Positions 29,984 through 37,927 of a stretch of DNA of 64,000 bases are shown in pieces (the stretch's first letter is position 1; each line of letters opens with the position of its first letter). The DNA is taken from NCBI GenBank assembly GCA_963829525.1, contig CAWHIJ010000003.1, forward strand, positions 1,728,001-1,792,000. Reading direction: 5' to 3'. The stretch is from an uncultured Actinomycetota bacterium. Its GTDB lineage: Bacteria; Actinomycetota; Actinomycetes; JAHEKZ01. The translations under genes were made by a program, and so were the position numbers. The notes beneath the pieces are model-generated. The model saw nothing but the letters and a program-made list of their open reading frames with translations, did not search any database and was not told the origin of the DNA.

Positions 29984-31053
29984 CCCACACTCTCTTCGTG
30001 GGCCAGACGCCGTTCGAAGAGATCCCGAACGCCAGTCGATCGACGCAGAAGGTCGAAGGCGTACTCGGCATGGCCCGGCGTGTACCCGTTCCCGATCAGC
30101 ATGGTCGTGTCGGAGGCGAGCCCTTCGGCTCCGAGAGCGGCTGCGGTGAAGGACGTTGCCATCGAGAAGAAGATCACCGTGCCGCCGTCGGGCGACGTTG
30201 CCAAAATCGCGCCGTGCTCGCATCCGGGGACGTCGACGCAGACGACGGTGATATCTGCAGGAGCTCCGAGGGATTGTTCGACAGCCGCGGACAAAGCCAC
30301 TGGATCGCGTGCGTCTGCGATCGCAACGACGTCGGCTAGTGAAACCTCTCGCAGCAGGAGCGCCTCTGAGTCGATCGGGACGATGCCCACCGACTTGGTT
30401 GCACCACTGTCGCGGGCCGCCGCCAGCGAAAGTGAGCCACTCTTTCCGGCCCCACCGATCACCGCAACGGTCGGCGCCCGACCACGCTCCACGTACTGGC
30501 GCACCACGCGCGCAGTCAGGGCCGGCGCACCCGCGACATCCATGACCGCCATGGCAAGTGTCGGCGGGAGGTCTTCCGGTACCGAGGCTGCGATCGTACG
30601 GCCGAACAAGATTGCGTACCCCTCGCACGGCACCTGCTCACTGAGGCCGGTCCACCGTACGAGGCCGTCGGTGATGACGAGCGGCGTCAGGCTGAGTGAG
30701 ACCAATGTGGTGACTTGCTGCCCCACCTCCACGTCCAAGGTGGCCTCCGGGCCGACCTCGTCGACCAATCCGATGAGCATGCCACCCGACCCTGTGACGG
30801 GGTTCTGCATCTTGCCTCGGTCGGCGATGATCTGGAGTACCTCAGCCCTGACTGCGTCACCGTCGCCGTCGTGCTTGGTGATGAGCTGCCGGAAGGATGC
30901 GGCATCGAGGTTGAGCACTGAGACCGCGATCCGAATCTCGTCCGGCCAGATCTCGGGGCTGGCATTGACTTGTCGGGCCGCCTGCGGCAGGACCCCGCGT
31001 GGCTCAATGACACGGTGTAGTCCGACGGGGGACGATTGAGTCGTTCGGGTCAC
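29980..31053 (-). CDS. kdd: L-erythro-3,5-diaminohexanoate dehydrogenase
   Basis: GLHRVIEP.GVLPQ, LNLDAASF, RGKMQNPVTGSGGML, FFSMATSF and IGNGY motifs. Confidence 0.93.
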   Translation of the reverse strand: MTRTTQSSPVGLHRVIEPRGVLPQAARQVNASPEIWPDEIRIAVSVLNLDAASFRQLITKHDGDGDAVRAEVLQIIADRGKMQNPVTGSGGMLIGLVDEVGPEATLDVEVGQQVTTLVSLSLTPLVITDGLVRWTGLSEQVPCEGYAILFGRTIAASVPEDLPPTLAMAVMDVAGAPALTARVVRQYVERGRAPTVAVIGGAGKSGSLSLAAARDSGATKSVGIVPIDSEALLLREVSLADVVAIADARDPVALSAAVEQSLGAPADITVVCVDVPGCEHGAILATSPDGGTVIFFSMATSFTAAALGAEGLASDTTMLIGNGYTPGHAEYAFDLLRRSTGVRDLFERRLAHEESVG

Positions 31054-31225
31054 CGGGAGATCTTGTCAGCAGCCCAGGGGCAATCGCCAGCACCCGTGAG
31101 GGGGAACTCCGCAACAACATGGCAACAAACCGCTATCTGATGGACAAGTTGCTGTTTGTCATTGATTCCGCAGGAAGATCTCCGTACGCTCGCGATACTG
31201 CGATAACGGCGTTATAGGAGAGCCC

Positions 31226-32683
31226 GTGAGCCATCCACTGCCCCAGCCGTACGACTACCGACAGCGCGAAGTGCACGAGCCTGACTGGACTCGCTTGCCT
31301 GGCTGGAGTCAGGTCACGACGGCCGATTGGGAGAACGCGCAGTGGCAACGCTCTCACTGCGTCAAGAACATCAAGCAGCTCCGTGGTGTGATGGGCGATC
31401 TGCTCACCGATGACTTCTACGACGACCTCGAGCTCGACCAGGCCGAGCGCGCCACGATGTCAATGCTGATCCCGCCGCAAATGGTCAACACGATGGTTCC
31501 TGACTCACATGACACCGGAACTCCCACGGCACTGACCTTCACTGAAGCGTTTCTCGCCGATCCCATCCGTCGGTACATGCTTCCAGTGTTCAGTGACAGG
31601 CGAACCGATTGGCCATCCCACCCCTACTCCAGTCGCGACTCCCTGCACGAGCACGACATGTGGCGTGCCGAGGGCCTGACACACCGCTACCCCACGAAGG
31701 TGCTCGCAGAGGTGCTATCTACGTGTCCTCAGTACTGCGGTCACTGCACCCGAATGGACCTCGTCGGCAACTCGACCCCTACTGTGAAGAAGCTCAAGCT
31801 CGAGCTGAAGCCAGTCGACCGTATGCAGCAGCATCTCGACTATTTGCGCGCCACGCCTTCGGTTCGTGATGTCGTTGTCTCTGGTGGCGACGTCGGCAAC
31901 ATGCCATGGAAGAACCTCGAGGCCTACGTCGACCAGATCCTCGACGTCGAGAACATCCGGGACATCCGGTTGGCGACCAAGGCCTTGATGGGTCTTCCTC
32001 AGCACTGGTACTCAGACGAAGTGCTCGCCGGTGCCGAGCGGCTGGCAACCAAGGCGTCAAGCCGCGGTGTTGGTCTCGCCGTGCATACCCACGTCAACCA
32101 CGCGAACTCTGTGACGCCGTTGGTCGCACGAGCATCCCGCGGCCTGCTCGACGTCGGTATTCGCGACGTTCGCAATCAGGGCGTCCTGATGGCCGGCATC
32201 AACAACAGCGTCGAGCAGATGCTCGACTTGTGTTTTGCCCTGCTCGACGATGCCAGCATCTTGCCTTACTACTTCTACATGCCCGACATGATTCCGTTCG
32301 CGGAACACTGGCGCGTGTCCTTGGCTGATGCACAGCGTTTGCAGCATGGCGTCATGGGATACCTACCTGGTTTCGCTACACCCCGCGTGACTTGCGACGT
32401 CCCATTCGTCGGCAAGCGTTGGGTACACCAGGTCGACGAGTATGACCATGTCCTGGGGATCTCGTACTGGTCGAAGAACTACCGAACCGGCATTGAGCTC
32501 GACGACCCGGATGCGGTGCGCAAGAAGCATGTGTACTACGACCCGGTGCACACCCTTCCGGAAGAGGGCCAGGAGTGGTGGATCAACGAGGGCTACCAGA
32601 AAGGCCACATCGCGGCTGAGTCGCACGCCGCTGCCGCTGCATCGAGAGCGGCAGCAGCCTCAGACTTGGCGCCGACCCACTAG
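31226..32683 (+). CDS. kamA: Lysine 2,3-aminomutase (radical SAM, PLP)
   Basis: GLTHRYPTKVL, CPQYCGHCTR, DVVVSGGD, NQGVL, PYYFY and VGKRW motifs; AGGAG ribosome-binding site. Confidence 0.93.
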   Translation: MSHPLPQPYDYRQREVHEPDWTRLPGWSQVTTADWENAQWQRSHCVKNIKQLRGVMGDLLTDDFYDDLELDQAERATMSMLIPPQMVNTMVPDSHDTGTPTALTFTEAFLADPIRRYMLPVFSDRRTDWPSHPYSSRDSLHEHDMWRAEGLTHRYPTKVLAEVLSTCPQYCGHCTRMDLVGNSTPTVKKLKLELKPVDRMQQHLDYLRATPSVRDVVVSGGDVGNMPWKNLEAYVDQILDVENIRDIRLATKALMGLPQHWYSDEVLAGAERLATKASSRGVGLAVHTHVNHANSVTPLVARASRGLLDVGIRDVRNQGVLMAGINNSVEQMLDLCFALLDDASILPYYFYMPDMIPFAEHWRVSLADAQRLQHGVMGYLPGFATPRVTCDVPFVGKRWVHQVDEYDHVLGISYWSKNYRTGIELDDPDAVRKKHVYYDPVHTLPEEGQEWWINEGYQKGHIAAESHAAAAASRAAAASDLAPTH

Positions 32684-32695
32684 GCAGCTGTGCCG

Positions 32696-33532
32696 CTAGC
32701 CGGAGACCCGTTCGAGCGTGACGGAGTAGCGAACCGCTGCCAGGACCGGGTCGAAGGGGCCGACTTTGCGACGGTCGGCGCGAAGGTCTACACGTGCGCC
32801 GCGCAGGCTCTGCTTCAGCTGTCGCTGCAAGAGCTCGGCCCGGGTCATAGTCGGAGGCTCGTGGGTGGTCGAGGTTGAGGTCGAGTAGGTGGTCGTGGAC
32901 GGACTCGTGCTGGATTCGGTTGGGGCGCTGCGGTCTCCACCGCGTGAGCTGCTACTGGCAGCTCCGGCTCGGTCGGCATCGGACCTGGCACGGAACACCT
33001 GGGCTGCCCACAGCGACCCGCCACCCTTGACGACCGCGACGCCAATGTCGTCAGCGTCGGCGTTGAGGATGTTGGCCCGGTGCGGCGCGGAGTTCATCAG
33101 GACCTCGTGAAGGGACTGCACCGAACCCGCGAAGGCGACGTTTTCACCGATCCACGCCCAGCAGCAAACCTGACCACCGAGGTCGGGCGTGTGCGTCAAA
33201 GACCCCGAGTCAGCCATGATCGAGGCGCGCTCCGCGGCGACCGCACTCAGGTCGGAGGCGAAATCCAAGGGCGCCAACCCATTGCTCGTTCGTGCTTGGT
33301 TGACCAGAGTGAGGAGACTGCTTGCCTCAGGCGACGCAGCGACATCGGTTCCGACCGACCGCCACGCCGCCGGCACCACCACCGCTGCGATGAGTGCCGC
33401 CACCCCGATCACCGCAGCGAGCCCGAGGAAGCCGACTCGGGTACCGATCGAGCCGGATCTGGCTACCGAGGCGGTCCTCGGCTGCGCTACTCGTCGCCCT
33501 GGCACAAGTTTTCGCCTTTGCTCGTGAGCCAT
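32696..33532 (-). CDS. CAP/SCP-domain secreted or membrane-anchored protein
   Basis: TM or signal segment, VNQAR..GLAPL, GENVA, MNSAPHRANILN, Ser/Thr-rich linker. Confidence 0.88.
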   Translation of the reverse strand: MAHEQRRKLVPGRRVAQPRTASVARSGSIGTRVGFLGLAAVIGVAALIAAVVVPAAWRSVGTDVAASPEASSLLTLVNQARTSNGLAPLDFASDLSAVAAERASIMADSGSLTHTPDLGGQVCCWAWIGENVAFAGSVQSLHEVLMNSAPHRANILNADADDIGVAVVKGGGSLWAAQVFRARSDADRAGAASSSSRGGDRSAPTESSTSPSTTTYSTSTSTTHEPPTMTRAELLQRQLKQSLRGARVDLRADRRKVGPFDPVLAAVRYSVTLERVSG

Positions 33533-33689
33533 GAGGTCCGGACGACGAGTCTTTGTGGTGCCGCCGTGACCATTTCGTGATCAACGGTGACCCTAACCCG
33601 GATCGGCCAACGAGCCATCATCTGTGCGAGCCTCGGCGGGTCTGGAGATCTCGGACATAACGGGCGAATGCCTGCGACGTACCTTGCAG

Positions 33690-34145
33690 CTATTCGCCCA
33701 GATCCGGAGGTCTGTTCTCGTAGGGGATGCTCAGCACCACCGTGGTCCTGGTCGTCACGTGAGCGCTGGCCCGAAGATCGGCAAGCAGCTGCTCCAGGGC
33801 AACCGGGCTAGCGACCCTGACCTTGAGCACGTAGTTGTGGTCGCCGGCGACGCTGTAGCAGGACTCCACAGCCCGCAGGTGGGCAACCCGGTCAGGGATG
33901 TCGTCGGGGTCAGCCGGGTCGATGGGTGAGATGGACACGAAGGCCGTCATGGGGAGGCCGATTGCATCCAGGTCGACCATGGCGCGATAGGCGGAGATGA
34001 CTCCGCGCTGCTCCAGTCGCCGTACCCTTTGGTGAGCAGCCGACGTTGAGAGTCCGGTGTGCTTGGCCAGCTCGGTGTAGCTCATCCTGCCCTCAGCGCT
34101 CAGCAGCTGCACGATCTGTCGGTCATTTCCGTCGAGCTCATCCAC
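33690..34145 (-). CDS. Lrp/AsnC family transcriptional regulator
   Basis: GRMSYTELA..TGLSTSAAHQRVRRLEQRGVI and CYSVAGD motifs; leaderless TAGGGT. Confidence 0.95.
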   Translation of the reverse strand: MDELDGNDRQIVQLLSAEGRMSYTELAKHTGLSTSAAHQRVRRLEQRGVISAYRAMVDLDAIGLPMTAFVSISPIDPADPDDIPDRVAHLRAVESCYSVAGDHNYVLKVRVASPVALEQLLADLRASAHVTTRTTVVLSIPYENRPPDLGE

Positions 34146-34194
34146 GACGACACCCTACTGGCGCTGTCGGTATTCGCAGGTGAACGCTCCCGTA

Positions 34195-35415
34195 CTAGCG
34201 ATGCGGGCGCAGCGCACGCCCAATCACGACGCGCTGGATCTGATTAGTGCCTTCGACGATCTGTAAGGCCTTGGCCTCGCGGAAGTAGCGTTCGGCCGGG
34301 AAGTCCTTCACGTACCCCGCTCCCCCGAGCACCTGAACCGCGTCGGTGGTCACTTGCATTGCCATGTCGGTGGCGAAGAGCTTTGCCATCGCCGCGTCTA
34401 CCCCGAAAGCCTCGCCTCGGTCGCGTTTGCGGGCCGCTGCGAGATAAAGCGCGCGAGCTGCTGCCACCTGGGTGGCCATGTCCGCGAGCAGGAACGACAG
34501 CCCCTGGAACTCCGCGATGAGGCGGCCGAACTGTTGGCGCTGATGCGCGTAGGAGATGGCGAGGTCCAGAGCTGCCTGTGCGATTCCAACGGCGCACGCA
34601 GCCATCCCGAGTCGGCCGCCGTCGAGGGCGGCGAGTGCAATGGCGAATCCCTGCCCTTCAGCCCCAATGCGCCGCTCGGCGTCGACTGCAACGTCGTCGA
34701 ACACCATCTGAGCGGTTGGGGACGCTGAGAAGCCCAACTTGCGCTCAGGAGGCCTGGCCGAAAGCCCAGCGGTGCCAGCATCGAGCAGCAGGCAGGTGAT
34801 GCCCTTCGCTCCGTCATCGGAGGTGCGCACCATCGCCACGTAGAAGTCAGCGACGCCGCCGTGGCTGATCCACGACTTCACCCCATTGACGCGATATCCG
34901 AAATCGGAGCGCGATGCGCTGGTGGCCAACGCGGCCGCGTCCGACCCCGCATCGGTCTCGGAGAGACAGTAGGCGCCAAGAAGCTGGCCACCGAGCATTT
35001 CGGGCAGCCATCGCTGCCGCTGCTCGTCGCTACCGAACGAGGCAAGTGGGAAGCACGAGAGCGTGTGCACACTGACGCCCAAACCGACGCTCGCCCAGGA
35101 TGAGGCAAGTTCTTCAATGATCTGCAGGTAGTCGTGCAGTGGCAGTCCGCCGCCCCCGTACTCCGCCGGGAACGGCAGGCTGAGAAGCCCCATGCCACCC
35201 AGGGTTCGGAAGACTTCGCGCGGGAACTCCGCGGCATCCTCGGCGTCGCTAGCCATTGGTGTCAGCAGATCGTCACAGATCTGCCGCACGGTGGGCAGCA
35301 GTTCAGCAGTGCTCGGATCTGTGAACTCTCGAGCGACGGTCAGTGCCACAGGTGCTGGTGCTCCTTGCAGACGTTGGTCAGGAACTGAAAGCCGGGTCGA
35401 TGACCACAAGGTCAT
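34195..35415 (-). CDS. Acyl-CoA dehydrogenase (short-chain/butyryl-CoA-like)
   Basis: YCLSETDAGSD, NGVKSWISHG, RQQFG and QIVEGTNQIQR motifs; exact start uncertain. Confidence 0.94.
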   Translation of the reverse strand: MTLWSSTRLSVPDQRLQGAPAPVALTVAREFTDPSTAELLPTVRQICDDLLTPMASDAEDAAEFPREVFRTLGGMGLLSLPFPAEYGGGGLPLHDYLQIIEELASSWASVGLGVSVHTLSCFPLASFGSDEQRQRWLPEMLGGQLLGAYCLSETDAGSDAAALATSASRSDFGYRVNGVKSWISHGGVADFYVAMVRTSDDGAKGITCLLLDAGTAGLSARPPERKLGFSASPTAQMVFDDVAVDAERRIGAEGQGFAIALAALDGGRLGMAACAVGIAQAALDLAISYAHQRQQFGRLIAEFQGLSFLLADMATQVAAARALYLAAARKRDRGEAFGVDAAMAKLFATDMAMQVTTDAVQVLGGAGYVKDFPAERYFREAKALQIVEGTNQIQRVVIGRALRPHR

Positions 35416-36508
35416 GCGTGGTGTTGTTCAACGCCTCGACGCCGTCGGGTGTCACTACAACGATGTCCTCGATACGCGCTCCGTGCTTACCGGGCAGATA
35501 GATCCCCGGCTCCACGCTGAATGCCATTCCGGCCCGTAGCGTTTCGTCGTTTCCTGCCACGATGTAGGGCTCCTCGTGCGTCTCGAGCCCGATACCGTGC
35601 CCTGTTCGGTGAATGAAGCGCTCACCGTACCCGGACGCGGTGATGAGCCTGCGCGCCACGGCGTCCACCGCCTCAGCCGTCACCCCGGGTCGTACTGACT
35701 CGACAGCCGCTCGCTGTGCGTTCCGAAGCACCGCGTAGTAGTCGAGGAAGTCATCTGACGCGTGCCCGAGCGCGTAGGTGCGTGTTGAGTCGGAGCAGTA
35801 GCCGCTGGCCATGGTGCCGCCGATGTCTACAACGACGGGGTCGCCAACGACGATGCGTCGGTCAGAGACTTCATGATGCGGGCTGGCACCGTTGGGACCA
35901 CTGGCTACGATCACGAAGTCAACGACGGTGTGTCCAGCGGCGAGGATCGCTTCGGCAATGTCCTCGCCGATCTCGCGCTCGGTGCGTCCGGGACGTAGAA
36001 GATCGGGCACTTGTTCATGCACGCTGTCGATGGCACGACCTGCCCGCCGCAAATGCTCGATCTCGCGCTCACTCTTGATCATGCGCAGCTCGCGGAGCAC
36101 CGGTCCTGCCAACTGCTGATGCGCTTTCGGCATCGCGTCTCGCAGATGAATGACGGCTGCGGCCGCCATCGAGTCCGCGAGGGCCACGACCCCGGCGCCA
36201 GGGATGAGCGAGGCAACGAGCGCATAGGGGTCGTCGGTCTCGGCCCAGCCTCGAATGCTGACGCCCGTAGCGCCTAAGGGCGACGCCTGTGCGGCAGGTA
36301 CCTCAAGTCCGGGTGCTACGAGGACGGGATCGCCCTCGGCGGGGACGACGAGACAGGTCAGCCGCTCCAAGGCGATTGCGCGGTACCCCGTCAGGTAGAG
36401 GAGATCGGGCCCTGGGGTGACGAGCACGGCGTCGACCTCGGCACGACGAGCAGCCTCTTGGGCGGCGACAACACGGCCAGCATCGGCAAACGAATCCACA
36501 TTCGTCAC
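35378..36508 (-). CDS. Xaa-Pro aminopeptidase/dipeptidase (M24)
   Basis: DIGG, SDSTRT, HRTGHGIGLETHEEP, VEPGIY and RIED motifs. Confidence 0.94.
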   Translation of the reverse strand: MTNVDSFADAGRVVAAQEAARRAEVDAVLVTPGPDLLYLTGYRAIALERLTCLVVPAEGDPVLVAPGLEVPAAQASPLGATGVSIRGWAETDDPYALVASLIPGAGVVALADSMAAAAVIHLRDAMPKAHQQLAGPVLRELRMIKSEREIEHLRRAGRAIDSVHEQVPDLLRPGRTEREIGEDIAEAILAAGHTVVDFVIVASGPNGASPHHEVSDRRIVVGDPVVVDIGGTMASGYCSDSTRTYALGHASDDFLDYYAVLRNAQRAAVESVRPGVTAEAVDAVARRLITASGYGERFIHRTGHGIGLETHEEPYIVAGNDETLRAGMAFSVEPGIYLPGKHGARIEDIVVVTPDGVEALNNTTHDLVVIDPAFSS

Positions 36509-36536
36509 CGTACCCCGCCGCGGTGATCGAAGCGTT

Positions 36537-36836
36537 TCAGGCGTTCTCACGTCGCCCAAGAGCCCCCGAGATGACTGCAACACTTCGAGCACTGGGGACG
36601 GCTAGGTCGGTGGTCGTTGCCTCTTCACCAGACACCAGAGCGGTGACGACGGAGTGGATCATGCGCGGGGCCTCCTCGACGGCCAGCCGGAAGGTGCCTA
36701 GGCAGGTGTCATCACGCCACAGACTGAGGATGAAGACACCCAGGTCCTCGTGGAACGAAAGCCGCAGCGAACGGCCTTCGTCGCGCGGGTCGAAGAACAC
36801 AGCACCCTTCGTCGGCAGCGGGCTGACCGGTTCCAT
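36537..36836 (-). CDS. Small conserved actinobacterial hypothetical protein
   Basis: FFDPRDEGRSLRLSFH...LSLWRDDTCLGTFRL pattern; fills the intergenic gap. Confidence 0.7.
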   Translation of the reverse strand: MEPVSPLPTKGAVFFDPRDEGRSLRLSFHEDLGVFILSLWRDDTCLGTFRLAVEEAPRMIHSVVTALVSGEEATTTDLAVPSARSVAVISGALGRRENA

Positions 36837-36918
36837 GCCTTACGGTCAGCCAACCGAAGTGATACGTCAAGAGCGTGCTCGAGCTATCAGCTAGCTCGAG
36901 CAGCGATACTGTCTGGCG

Positions 36919-37842
36919 ATGGCCACTCCCCCGCGGCTCATGCTGCTCGACTCTGCGTCCATGTACTTCCGTGCATTCCATGGCGTGCCAGAGTCGATCA
37001 CGGCACCGGACGGGACTCCCATTGGAGCAGTTCGGGGGTTCTTGGACGCGATCACCCGAATGCTGACCGATCATCCGGCCACTGACCTGGTGGCCTGTTT
37101 CGATACTGACTGGCGTCCACAGTGGCGGGTCGACCTTATTGCGGAGTACAAGGCGCACCGAGTGGCCGCGGACGAGGCGCCAGACGTCGAGGAGGTTCCC
37201 GATGCTCTGGCACCGCAGGTCCCGGTGATCGAGGCTGTGCTGGACGCCATGGGAATCGCCCGCGCTGGTGTCGCGGACTTCGAAGCTGACGACGTCATGG
37301 CAACTCTGGCGCGCGCAGCCCAGATGCCCGTGGACATCGTCACCGGTGACCGCGATCTCTTTCAGCTCGCCGAGGACGAACGCCCGACCACGATCGTGTA
37401 TATCGGGAAGGGCTTCGCCAAGGCCGAACGCATCACTGACGAGGCAGTACGCGAGCGGTACGCCGTTCCCGCAGCCTCGTACGCCGACTTCGCCACGCTG
37501 CGCGGTGACCCGTCAGACGGGCTCCCAGGGGTCAAGGGGGTAGGCGACAAGTCTGCCGCCGAGATAGTCGCGAGCCACCCGACCGTCGAGTCGCTGCTCG
37601 CTGCTTTGGATGACCCGTCCTCCAACGTGCCGCACCGAGGCAAGATCGAACTGGCCAGGGACTACCTGACGCGGGCGATCGAGGTGGTCCGGGTACGTAC
37701 CGACGTCCCCATGCCAACGCTGAGCACAACAATCCCTCAGGCTGCGGCTGACGCCGACGAACTGGATGCCCTGGCCGCTCGGTGGGGACTGGACCGGTCA
37801 GTGCAGCGATTGCTCAGCGCCATGCGGAACCTCAGCACCTAG
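36919..37842 (+). CDS. Stand-alone 5'-3' exonuclease/flap endonuclease
   Basis: LLDSASMYFRAF, EADDV, TGDRD and LRGDPSDGLPGVKGVG motifs; leaderless TACTGT. Confidence 0.94.
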   Translation: MATPPRLMLLDSASMYFRAFHGVPESITAPDGTPIGAVRGFLDAITRMLTDHPATDLVACFDTDWRPQWRVDLIAEYKAHRVAADEAPDVEEVPDALAPQVPVIEAVLDAMGIARAGVADFEADDVMATLARAAQMPVDIVTGDRDLFQLAEDERPTTIVYIGKGFAKAERITDEAVRERYAVPAASYADFATLRGDPSDGLPGVKGVGDKSAAEIVASHPTVESLLAALDDPSSNVPHRGKIELARDYLTRAIEVVRVRTDVPMPTLSTTIPQAAADADELDALAARWGLDRSVQRLLSAMRNLST

Positions 37843-37898
37843 TAGCAGGGCGAAAGTCGGACCCAGAGGCACGATGACCGGGGCAACACCATCATCAA

Positions 37899-37920
37899 TG
37901 TCGGACCCTCCGTCTAGTGT
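37899..37920 (+). promoter_or_regulatory. PafBC-type (RecA-NDp) DNA-damage promoter
   Basis: TGTCGG-N10-TAGTGT. Confidence 0.8.
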
Positions 37921-37927
37921 TCGGGAT

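Noticed and set aside
28364-30628. Apparent N-terminal extensions or fusions in the ORF track (754-aa amidohydrolase, 427-aa hydrolase, 409-aa PafB, 336-aa Ppm1, 270-aa FxsA)
   Set aside because: The extensions overlap neighbouring genes, and internal starts (mostly coupled to the upstream stop codon) give normal lengths.
31054-31225. Lysine or cobalamin riboswitch in front of the lysine genes
   Set aside because: No recognisable aptamer motifs, and the spacer is too short once two promoters are accommodated.
31226-32683. EpmB (EF-P beta-lysylation) instead of catabolic KamA
   Set aside because: The protein is long, epmA and efp are absent from the window, and the context is kdd-kamDE-kal.
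33650-33678. GGACATAA resembling a second dif XerD arm
   Set aside because: There is no XerC arm (TTATCGGCG) at the 6-bp spacing.
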